NCBI RefSeq assembly: GCF_964213995.1
Contig: NC_135817.1
Location: forward strand, 52,824,001-52,888,000
DNA: 64,000 nt
Reading direction: 5' to 3'
From: Mustelus asterias
Taxonomy: Eukaryota
A program made the translations under genes and the position numbers. Below, piece after piece: positions 40,501 through 52,500 of this stretch (positions within the stretch are counted from its first letter, which is position 1; each line of letters begins with the position of its first letter). The notes below the pieces were generated by a model that saw only the letters and a list, made by a program, of their open reading frames with translations, was not told the DNA's origin and did no database searches.

Positions 40501-43500
40501 ACACAGACACAAGTGAACCTTTCATTAGCTTCACTAATTTTGGTGCATTTTACTGTCAACTTAAAGTGGATTATGGGCAGAAAATGAACCCATTTTTTTG
40601 TTTGCTTTTCCATTAATAAATTTCTCATAAAAAATAAACTCTCCTCTGGGTCATTTTGCCCCTTGCATCATTCTCAATTGATCGAATGGGTAGGTGGATT
40701 GTGACTAACTGCTGAAGTGGTGCATGAAAATCTTCGGGAGGTGTGAATGCGTCTCTCATTATCCCACACGTCAGTGAAAAAATGCCTAAAGACCACGGGG
40801 TGGCCTTTTGTGCTCTGGATGACTAACATAGAACATAGAACATAGAACAGTACAGCACAGAACAGGCCCTTCGGCCCACGATGTTGTGCCGAGCTTTATC
40901 TGAAACCAAGATCAAGCTATCCCACTCCCTATCATCCTGGTGTGCTCCATGTGCCTATCCAATAACCGCTTAAATGTTTCTAAAGTGTCTGACTCCACTA
41001 TCACTGCAGGCAGTCCATTCCACACCCCAACCACTCTCTGCGTAAAGAACCTACCTCTGATATCCGTCCTGTATCTCCCACCACGAACCCTATAGTTATG
41101 CCCCCTTGTAATAGCTCCATCCACCCGAGGAAATAGTCTTTGAACGTTCACTCTATCTATCCCCTTCATCATTTTATACACCTCTATTAAGTCTCCCCTC
41201 AGCCTCCTCCGCTCCAGAGAGAATAGCCCTAGCTCCCTCAACCTTTCCTCATATGACCTACCCTCCAAACCAGGCAGCATCCTGGTAAATCTCCTCTGCA
41301 CTCCTTCCAGCGCTTCCACATCCTTCCTATAGTGAGGTGACCAGAACTGCACACAATATTCCAAATGTGGTCTCACCAAGGTCCTGTACAGTTGCAGCAT
41401 AACCCCACGGCTCTTAAACTCCAACCCCCTGTTAATAAAAGCTAACACACTACAGGCCTTCTTCACAGCTCTATCCACTTGAGTGGCAACCTTTAGAGAT
41501 CTGTGGATATGGACCCCAAGATCTCTCTGTTCCTCCACAGTCTTCAGAACCCTACCTTTGACCCTGTAATCCACATTTAAATTTGTCCTACCAAAATGAA
41601 TCACCTCACATTTATCAGGGTTAAACTCCATTTGCCATTTTTCAGCCCAGCTTTGCATCCTATCTATGTCTCTTTGCAGCCTACAACAGCCCTCCACCTC
41701 ATCCACTACTCCACCAATCTTGGTGTCATCAGCAAATTTACTGATCCACCCTTCAGCCCCCTCCTCTAAGTCATTAATAAAAATCACAAAGAGCAGAGGA
41801 CCAAGCACTGATCCCTGCGGCACACCGCTAGCAACCTGCCTCCAATCCGAAAATTTTCCATCGACCACCACCCTCTGTCTTCGGTCAGACAGCCAGTTGC
41901 CTATCCAATCGGCCAACTTTCCCTCTATCCCACACCTCCTCACTTTCATCATAAGCCGACCATGGGGGACCTTATCAAACGCCTTACTAAAATCCATGTA
42001 TATGACATCAACTGCCCTACCTTCATCAACACACTTAGTTACCTCCTCAAAAAATTCTATCAAATTTGTGAGGCACGACTTGCCCTTCACGAATCCGTGC
42101 TGACTATCTCGGATTAATCCGCATCTTTCTAAATGGTCGTAAATCCCATCCCTAAGGACCCTTTCCATCAATTTACCAACCACCGAAGTAAGACTAACCG
42201 GTCTATAATTACCAGGGTCATTTCTATTCCCTTTCTTAAACAGAGGAACAACATTCGCCATTCTCCAGTCCTCTGGCACCATCCCCGTGGACAGCGAGGA
42301 CCCAAAGATCAACGCCAAAGGCTCTGCAATCTCATCCCTTGCCTCCCAAAGAATCCTAGGATACATTTCATCAGGCCCAGGGGACTTATCGACCTTCAGT
42401 TTATTCAAAACTGCCAAGACATCCTCCCTCCGAACATCTATTTCCTCCAGCCTATTAGCCTGTAACACCTTCTCTTCCTCAAAAACATGGCCCCTCTCCT
42501 TGGTGAACACTGAAGAAAAGTATTCATTCATCACCTCGCCTATCTCTACTGACTCCATACACAAGTTCCCACTACTGTCCTTGACCGGCCCTAACCTCAC
42601 CCTGGTCATTCTTTTATTCCTCACATAAGAGTAAAAAGCCTTAGGGTTTTCCTTGATCCGACCCGCCAAGGACTTCTCATGTCCCCTCCTAGCTCTCCTA
42701 AGCCCCTTTTTCAGCTCATTAAGAGAGGAAATCTACCCAGTGGGGGAATCATGAAGCATCTTTCCATCCTACTATGTGGGAATGCAGGAACCTTTGATTA
42801 CTGAGCCACTGTATTGCTTTGTAGAGAACGTGGGGGTGATTCTCTGATCCAGCACAGCGGGCCGGGAGACTATAGCGGAGGCTGTTTCGCAGGCACCCCG
42901 CTGGGCACCACAGGCTCCGCACATCTCCCGGTGCCAGATCTCTGGCTCCCGTCAGCTCTGCACCAGAAATCGGCGCGGAGCTGCCTAATATATTCAAACT
43001 CTAATTTAAATATACTTTAAATATCACTAGCGGGCTTGGGACTGAAATCTTCGGGCCCACAAGCCTCTCCCCCACCGCCAGAAGTATTTCACTCCAGCAG
43101 GGTTTAATAAAGCTCCCCACTTGCAGGGAACTAGCGGCCTGACCCTGCTGGAGTGAAGGGGGGGGGTCAATCAAAGGGTAGGGCACTTGGGGGTGCCCCC
43201 TGGGCATTGCCAGCTTGGGCCCCCTGGCACTGCCCAAGCTGGTAAAATTCCAATGTCCAGGAGGCATCTAGACACACCCTACTGGGCATGGGGCAGTGCC
43301 GAGGCAGGGTCTGATGGAGGTTGGGGCCTCTAGGCGAGGAGGGAGGGGGGTCTTGCCACCACCACCACTCTGCACTTTTGGCTGAGTGCCAGAGGGAGGG
43401 AAGTGATGTTGGATCCCGGGGAAAGGGGAGGCTGCAGAATTCCCTGTAGAACCAGGAGGAGCGTTCCTGCTTTTCCTGGCTCAGCAAAGGAAAGTTTTAG

Positions 43501-46500
43501 AATTCCCTAAAGGGCCTCTTGAGTCCTCAGACAAGTTGCATATCTGAATCTGTCCAGGGCGGAAACGGTGGTCTCTGCGTACAAAAAGCTTTTAAATTGG
43601 TTAAAGGAGCCACAGGAGAGTTGCTGATATCAATTCATCTTTCTTTTTCATATTCACAGAAAGTAGCTTTGCAGTCACAGCAATAACCCGGACACCAACC
43701 GTGAATTACTATGGTACATTTGAACTTCGGTGTATCATTGGACCTCAAAGTCTTACCCATGTGCCAGCATCTGTATCCTGGAAATTTCAACCAGCAAATT
43801 CCAATGACAGCTACCACCTAGTCACTTTCACCTATGATACTGCGATTAAGTGGGGGGACATGGTGGAGAACTTCAAAGGAAAAATGATTGTAGTGAAAAC
43901 TGTGACCAATACTGTCCGGCTGAGTGTCTCTCGAGCCAGCAAGCTGGAAGCTGGGAAGTTTCTATGTCTCGCAGAGTTATGGGGGAGGCATCATTCAAAC
44001 CAGTGGGTCAGGAAAGCCAGTGCAACATCAAACATCCTGGAAGTGAAAGTTAGACCTCCAGGTAAGGTTGTAGGTTAATTTCTTTGTATTTATAGGATCG
44101 ATGATGAATTAAAGTGGACGGACAGGCTGCTGTGTGCAATATGAGCAATATTAACCTGCCTTCTAAAAAAGAAAGAAGGAAATTGAGATAATGGCTCCAG
44201 TTGGTAAGCACAGTTTACCCCAGTCCAACGCCGGCATCTCCACATCATGTCCAGTTGGTAAGAGCAGGACAGAAGTTAAACCAAATGGACCAAAAGGTGG
44301 CACTTCCAATTATAGCTCTGTGTGGGAAAAGAAAATGAGCTCGGTGACTCTGGACTGGGGAAGGGGAAAAAAATGTGCCAGGGTATCTGCAGTGACCCTT
44401 ACTGGAGAAGTGTGTGGACATCGGAGAAAGATGGTGGGCAGAATTTTCCCAAAAAATGGCAAAGTGCCTGAAAACTTGTGTGTTTTTCCCCAGAGAGAGG
44501 GACAAGTTTTCACTCCAGATCTTCTGATATTTTGTCATTTTTAAAAAATGTTGGGGGGGGGGGTCATGTTTGCACCATCATTCCTGAGGGGCAGGGTCTT
44601 AAGACGCTGGCAATCCCGGCTCCACCAAGATGGAGCACTCAATCTTGCATTGAAGTTAAAGAGGCCACTACCACAGCATCGGGGCATCAGATCCTACTGC
44701 GCTTCCTGCAGCAGTGCCGGACACCTACCACAATGCAGGCATCTCTTCCCCTCCCCCCAACCATCACTAATCCCATATCATGGGAAGCCCCCAATGGGGA
44801 TCCGCAAAGGCCCTCCCTTGGCACTGCCAGGTTGGCGCCTCCAAGCTCCCAGTGAGGTCATCATGACTGGTTTCCATTTGTGGAAACAAGTAGTGATTCC
44901 CATTGGTGTGCAGTCACACTGGCGGTGGGGAGGGGGAATATATGGGGAACCTGGAAGCTATAGCAGAATGCCGTTTATGTATTATTTAATAATATATTTA
45001 AATTTAAGGAAATCTGTCACCAGCAGAGGGGAGGGTGAAAGAATCTCATTCTGAGATCTTCCCAGCACATTGGTTGCCACTGCCGTAATGGAGTTTGCGT
45101 CCGCGGCAACCAGGGCTGGAAAATTGCCCCCAGTATCTATCTCATGCTGCAGGGTCCTCAGTCAGTACCTCAATAGCCTGCAGACACTTAGTGGCTGGGA
45201 ACACACATGGAAAACGGTGCCTTCAGCATGGTACTGGAAAGCCGCAGGCATCTGTTGAGTCATATCTCAGCAGGAGTCAGCACCTTTGTGGGAAGGAAAA
45301 ATATCTGACGAGAGGAAAGGAAGATGTGAATCTGCGGCAAACAAAATAAATTGACTATAATTAAACACAAGGAAATAAAGTTGGTTTTAAATAGATTTCA
45401 AAAGAAAGTCAATAAAAAGACTTTTGATCATTAGCACAAATCAATTACTTCTGCTCACTCACATGTAACCAACTACAGAAAAATTCTTGTGTAAATTAGA
45501 TTGCATGTATTTATCTGATGTCCTTTAGGCAAATACATTATTTTAGGATTAAACACACACGGTTCAACCTCTTACCCAATGTCAATGTAAGATCGCTATG
45601 TAAAAGAACTGGATGAAAATTAAGGTGTAAAGTTACAATAAAAACATCATTAGTACCATGAGTTCAACTGTACAGCATACTCATTAGTGAGTGTTCTCTT
45701 AAATCATTAGATGAGTTCATACTACTCAAGTAATCGCTAGGTATTGGCTGATCTCTTGTCACACTTCACCTTGAACCTAAATGTTGTGAAGAAATACTGT
45801 GAAATTATTTTGACATGCTGTCTTTTCTACTTGTGTAGCAAGTCTTTTGAAACTTACCGAGCGAGTTGCAAAGATACAGAAAAGGGTTGAAGACGTCACT
45901 GAACTTGAATGTAGAATTTTGGCTCGAACTCAAAACGATTCTCGATTCTCAGTGACGTGGCTCTTCAATAAGACACAGGGGCCTCATGTGAAAGGGGAAA
46001 ATCTTCTAAATATCGATGGCAATGATGTTATCCAGTACTATGGAGAATTGCTAACTGATTCTCAAAAGAAAATGAAATTCCAGAATGAGAAGCCCTCCAA
46101 TGATGTATACAAGCTGATTATACAAAAAACGGATGTAAATGACAGCGGAAGTTACTATTGTCATGTAAAGGAATGGCTTTTGGATCCCAACAACATCTGG
46201 TATAAAGTGGGAGAGAGTACATCGGCAAGAACAATTCTTCAGGTGCACACAGCAGGTAAACATGTTTCTTAAATAGTTCATACAAATTGTAGAAGATCAT
46301 AGAATCCCTACAGTGCAGAAGGAGACCATTCAGCCCATCGGGTCTGCACCGACCACAATCCCACCCAGGCCCTATCCCCATAATCCCATGCATTTACCTT
46401 AGCTAGTCCCCTTGAGGCTAAGGGGCAATTTAGCATGGCCAATCCACCTAATGCACACATCTTTGGACTGCAGGAGGAAACCAGAGCACTCGGAGGAAGC

Positions 46501-49500
46501 CCACACAGACACAGGGAGAATGTGCAGACTCTGCACACAGTGATCCAAGTCGAGAATCCCTGGAGCTGTGAGGCAGCAGTGGTAACCACTGTGCCACCGT
46601 GCCGCCTCGTATAGGACTAGGATAAATGACAATTGTAGGCAGTGTGTAGTGACAACAAAGGGATGTGGTATGTGTCCAACTTGAGATGTGCGTGACTTGA
46701 ATGGAAACTTGAAGTGATGGTGCTGCTGTGAAATTGCTGCTGCTGCTGCTGCTCTGCTTGGTGGCAGTGGTCACTGGACAGTCAAACTGAAACCAACAAA
46801 TATCTTTCTCAGCAGCTGGCAACTCTGAGTTCACCGGAATATAGCTTTCAGCCCCAAACATGTCTGCACTCCTTTAAGTACCGCCTGCAGCAAGCTATTC
46901 AATTCTTCAGCATCGATTCCTGCCCAGTATGTGTTGGGGTTCACCCCCACATAAGCAGTACTGTTAATCATGTGTCCTTATTCAACAGATTGAAATTCTA
47001 GAATCAATACTGTGACTGATATTTTATATATATTAATTAGCTGGTTAGTCTAGTGGGGGTTGGAGAGGGTGAACAAAGAACAATACAGCACAGGAACAGG
47101 CCCTTCAGCCCTCCAAGCCCGCGCCGCTCCCTGGTCCAAACTAGACCATTCTTTTGTATCCCTCCATGCCCACTCCGTTCATGTGGCTATCTAGATAAGT
47201 CTTAAACCTTCCCATTGTGCCCGCCTCCATCACCTTGCCCGGCAGTGCATTCCAAGCCCCCACCACCCTCTGTGTAAAATACGTCCTTCTGATATCCATG
47301 TTAAACCTTCCCTCTCCCCTTCCCTCACCTTGAACCTATGACCCCTCGTGAACGTCACCACCGACCTGGGAAAAAGCTTCCCACCGTTCACCCTATCTAT
47401 GCCTTTCATAATTTTATACATCTCTATTAGGTCTCCCCTCATCCTCCGTCTTTCCAGTGAGAACAACCCCAGTTTACCCAATCTCTCCTCATAACTAAGC
47501 CCCTCCATACCAGGCAACATCCTGGTAAACCACCTCTGCACTCTCTCTAAAGCCTCCACGTCCTACTGGTAGTGTGGCGACCAGAACTGGACGCAGTATT
47601 CCAAATGCGGCCGAACCAACGTTCGATACATCTGCAACGTCAGACCCCAACTTTTATACTCTGTGCCCCGTCCTATAAAGGCAAGCATGCCATATGCCTT
47701 CTTCACCACCTTCTCTACCTGTGAAGTCACCTTCAAGGATCTGTGGACTTGCACACCCAGGTCCCTCTGCGTATCTACACCCTTTATGGTTCTGCCATTT
47801 ATCGTACAGCTCCCCCCTACATTAGCTCTACCAAAATGCATCACTTCGCATTTATCAGGATTGAACTCCATCTGCCATTTCTTTGCCCAAATTTCCAGCC
47901 TATCTATATCCTTCTGTAGCCTCTGACAATGCTCCTCACTATCTGCAAGTCCAGCCAATTTCGTGTCGTCCGCAAACTTACTGATCACCCCAGTTACACC
48001 TTCTTCCAGATCATTTATATAAATCATAAACAGCAGAGGTCCCAATACAGAGCCCTGCGGAACACCACTAGTCACAGGCCTCCTGCTGGAAAGAGACCCT
48101 TCCACTACCACCCTCTGTCTTCTGTGACCAAGCCAGTTCTCCACCCATCTAGCCACCTCCCCCTTTATCCCATGAAATCCAACCTTTTGCACCAACCCAC
48201 CATGAGGTACTTTGTCAAACGCTTTACTAAAGTTCATATAGACGACATCCACGGCCCTTCCCTCGTCAACCATTCTAGTCACTTCAAAAAACTCCTCCAG
48301 GTTAGTGAGGCATGACCTCCCTCTCACAAAACCATGCTGACTATCGTTAATGAGTTTATTCCATTCTAAATGCGCATACATTCTATCTCTAAGAATCCTC
48401 TCCAACAACTTCCCTACCGGACGTCAAGCTCACCGGCCTATAATTACCCAGGTTATCCTTCCTACTCTTCTTAAATAACGGGACCACATTAGCTATCCTC
48501 CAATCCTCTGGGACCTCACCTGTGTCCAGTGACGAGACAAAGATTTGCGTCAGAGGCCCAGCGATTTCATCTCTCATCTCCCTGAGCAGCCTTGGATAGA
48601 TTCCATCAGGCCCTGGGGATTTGTCGGTCTTTATATTCTCTAAAAAACCTAACACTTCCTCCCTTGTAATGGAGATTTTCTCTAACTGTTCAACACTCCC
48701 CTCCGAGACACTCCCAGTCAACACATCCCCCTCCTTTGTGAATACCGACGCAAAGTATTCATTTAGGATCTCCCCTACTTCTTTGGGTTCTAAGCATAAT
48801 TCCCCACTTTTGTCCCTGAGAGGTCCGATTTTTTTCCCTGACAACCCTTTTGTTCCTAACGTAAGAATAAAATGCCTTGGGATTCTCCTTAATCCTGTCT
48901 GCCAAGGACGTTTCGTGACCCCTTTTTGCCCTTCTAATTCCTCGTTTGAGTTCTTTCCTACTTTCTTTGTATTCCTCCAGAGCTCCCTCTGTTTTTAGCT
49001 GCCTGGTCCTAACATACGCCTCTCTTTTCTTTTTGACCAGTCCCTCAATTTCCCTGGTTATCCACGGTTCTTGAATCCTACCCTTCCTATCCTTTTTTAC
49101 AGGCACATGCCTGTCCTGCAGCCCTAACAACTGTTCCTTAAAAGACTCCCACATGCCAGATGTGGATTTACCCTCAAACAGCCTCTCCCAATCAACAGCT
49201 GCCAAATTCTGCCTAATCCCACTAAAGTTAGCCTTCCCCCAATCCAACACCTTACCCTTGGGACACCACTCATCCTTTTCCATCGCTATCCTAAAGCTAA
49301 CAGAATTGTGGTCACTATTTGCCACATGTTCCCCTACCGAAACTTTGAAGACCTGACCGGGTTCATTCCCCAGTACTCGGTCCAGTATAGCCCCCTCTCT
49401 AGTTAGGCTATCTACATATTGTTCCAAAGAACCTTCCTGCATGCATTTTACAAATTCCTCCCCGTTCAGAGTCCCAGCTCTAAGCGATTTCCAGTCTATA

Positions 49501-52500
49501 CCAGGGAAATTGAAGTCTCCCACTACAACAACCCTATTTTTCCTGCACCTATCCATTATCTCCTGACATATCCGTTCTTCCACTTCCCTTGGGCTGTTGG
49601 GGGGCCTGTTGTATACCCCCAACATAGTGACTGCGCCCTTCATGTTTCTGAGCTCCACCCACAGTGACTCGTTATACGACCCCTCTGAATTGTCCTCCCT
49701 CTGCACCGCTGTAATATGTTCTCTAACTAATACTGCTACTCCCCCACCTCTGTCTCGCCTAAAACACTTGTACCCCGGAATATTCAGCTGCCAGTCCTGT
49801 CCCTCTTTCAACCAAGTCTCTTACCTAATTATGAAAAAACATCAATTTTCCTGGCATTATTATCCAAATCACTGGCCTGGTGGAAAGAAAGTTCGAAGGG
49901 CCAAATGATGTATTCCTGCTTCTAGTTTCTAAAGCAACAGTCTCTAAACTGGCTGTAGTGTCCAGGTGGCTATCACCTTTTTGGGAAGCAATGGTAATGT
50001 GATAATTAGGTCAAAGCAGAATTTACTGTTGAACCCTGAAGAAAATACTATTCTAACTTCTTGTAATGTGTATGTTCTCCCCAAGTCTAACACCAACATG
50101 CACGGCAATCTTCCTCACTTCCAAATAAAGCCTCATTATCTTTCTTTTGTCTTGTGTCACTTCTACAGATGCAAACCTACAGCTCGGGGATAATAATGTA
50201 ACTGTATCGAGCAGTGCAGATGATGTTGTTGAACTTGAATGTCATATTACCAACCAGACACAGACGCAATCACAATTTTCAGTTATGTGGTATGTTCAAC
50301 ACGAAGAGGATCCAAAGGCCAAGGAGACCGCGCTCCTCAAAACCGATCGACATAATATCGTCCAGTACTATGGAGACTTGCTTACAGATCCTCAGAAAAA
50401 GATGAAATTCCAAAGTGTGAAGGCCTCCTATAACATGTACAAGTTGATAATACAGAAGGCAGCACTAAGTGACAGCGGTGTTTACTTTTGCAACGTAGAG
50501 GAATGGGTCTCAAGCCCCCAGAATGAATGGGTTATACAAGGACATGCTCGCTCGGGGTCAACAATTCTTCAAGTCCAGTCACCAGGTAAGATAGAATCAT
50601 AGCATCCCTACAGTGCAGAGGAGGCCCATTGAGTCTGCACTCTCAAAAATCCCACTTAGGCCCGATTCCCATAACACCACGCATTTACCTTGCTGATCCA
50701 CAGGGGTTCCACAGGGATCTGTGCTAGAACCTGTTCACATTATATATTAATGATTTGGAAGGTGGAACTCGATGTATTATCTTCAAATTTTCAGACGATA
50801 CAAAGTTGGGTAGGAGGGTGAGCTGTCAGGAGGATGCAGAGATGTTTCAGTGTGATTTGGACAGGCTCAGTGTGTGGGCAGATGCAGTATAATGTGGATA
50901 AATATGAGGTTAACCCACTATGGTAGCAAGAAAAGGGAGACAGATTATTACCTGAAAAGGTGTAAACTGAGAGAGGTGGATACTCAGCGAGACCTTGGTG
51001 TCCTCATGCATCAGTCGCTGAAAGTAAGCGCGCAGGTACAGCAGGCAGTAAAGAAGGCAAATGGTATGTTGGCCTTCATAACAAGAGGATTTGAGCATAG
51101 GGATAGGGACGTTTTGCTGCAATTGTATAGGGTGTTGGTGAGGCCACACCTGGAGCATTGTGTACAGTTTTGATGTCCTTATCTGAGGAAGGGTGTCCTT
51201 ACTATAGAGGGAGTATAGTGAAGGTTTACCAGGCTAATACCTGGGGTGGCAGGTCCGTCATGTGATGAGAGGCTAAATTGGTTAGGATTATATTCACTGG
51301 AGTTCAGAAGAATGGGAGGGAATCTCATCGAAACCTATAAAATTCTAACAGGGTTAGACAGGGTAGATTCAGAAAGAATGTTCCCGACGTGGTGGAGTCC
51401 AGAACTAAAGGTCATAGTTTGAGGATACGAGGTAAACCTTTTAGAACGGAGGTGAGGAGAAATTTCTTCACCCAGAGAGCGGTAAATGTGTGGAGTTCAC
51501 TATCACAGAAAGTAGTTGAGGCTAAAACGTTGTGAGATTTCAAGAAGAAATTAGATATAGCTCTTGGGGCTAAAGGAATCTAGGGATATGGGGAGGAAGG
51601 TGTGATCAGGACATTGAATTTGATGATCAGCCATGATCATGATGAATGGTGGAGCAGGCTCGAGGGGGTGAATGACCTACTCCTGCTTCTAGTTTCTATG
51701 TTTTCTTTCTCTCCATTGATACTAAGCTCAAACCCAATGTACAACACACTGAGTTGTTTAGGGAGCAGTGTGATGGAACATTATCTTCTTATCTCTTTGA
51801 TCCAAGTTGACAGCTAATATCTAGACAGGAAGCTAAGGTTTCTGCTCTGATACTTGACAAGAACACTGAAGTAATAATGCTCAAATAGTTCAGAGAGAAT
51901 GTAAATTGATGATAGAAACTTGCCCTAATGAGGAATATATAATATTGAAGAACTGAGTTAGCATACTGCCTTTCATCTCTGGGAAATTGGTTTGAATTTA
52001 GCTGAAGTTAATAGGAATAAAGGCTCCTCTGTCTTTTGGCTTTAAGGGCCTGTCATAAAATCAACAGAGAACACAGACAGGCTCAATTCAGTTCTGAGTG
52101 CCTTTGGGCTCAACGCACAGAGCTTCATATAATTCACCACTAATTGACTTTAAATCAGTAATCTTGCTTTCACAGGAGAGAAATGGCGCACTAATGTTGT
52201 AAAAGGTACCTTCCCGAGGTCATACTGAATTCACTTTGCAGATCATGATAGAGTGAGCTTTATTCTGCTTTTGACTGTAATATATTGACTTGATGGTGAA
52301 ACCTAGACTTTAAACTGGAGGTGGATTTTAATATTTCATTTTATGGGATGTTGGTGTCACTGGCTAGGTCAGCATTTATTGCTTATCCCTAGTTGCCCTT
52401 CAGAAGGTAGTTGTGAGCTGCCTTCTTGCAGTCGCTGAGGTGTAGATGCACCCACAGTGCTATTAGGAAGGGTGTTCCAGGATTTTGACCCAGCGACTTG

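Noticed and set aside
46296-50697. SINEs after both Ig6 and Ig7 as a relic of the exon duplication
   Set aside because: The insertion points differ (+40 versus +6) and the exons are far more diverged than the SINEs, so these are independent insertions.
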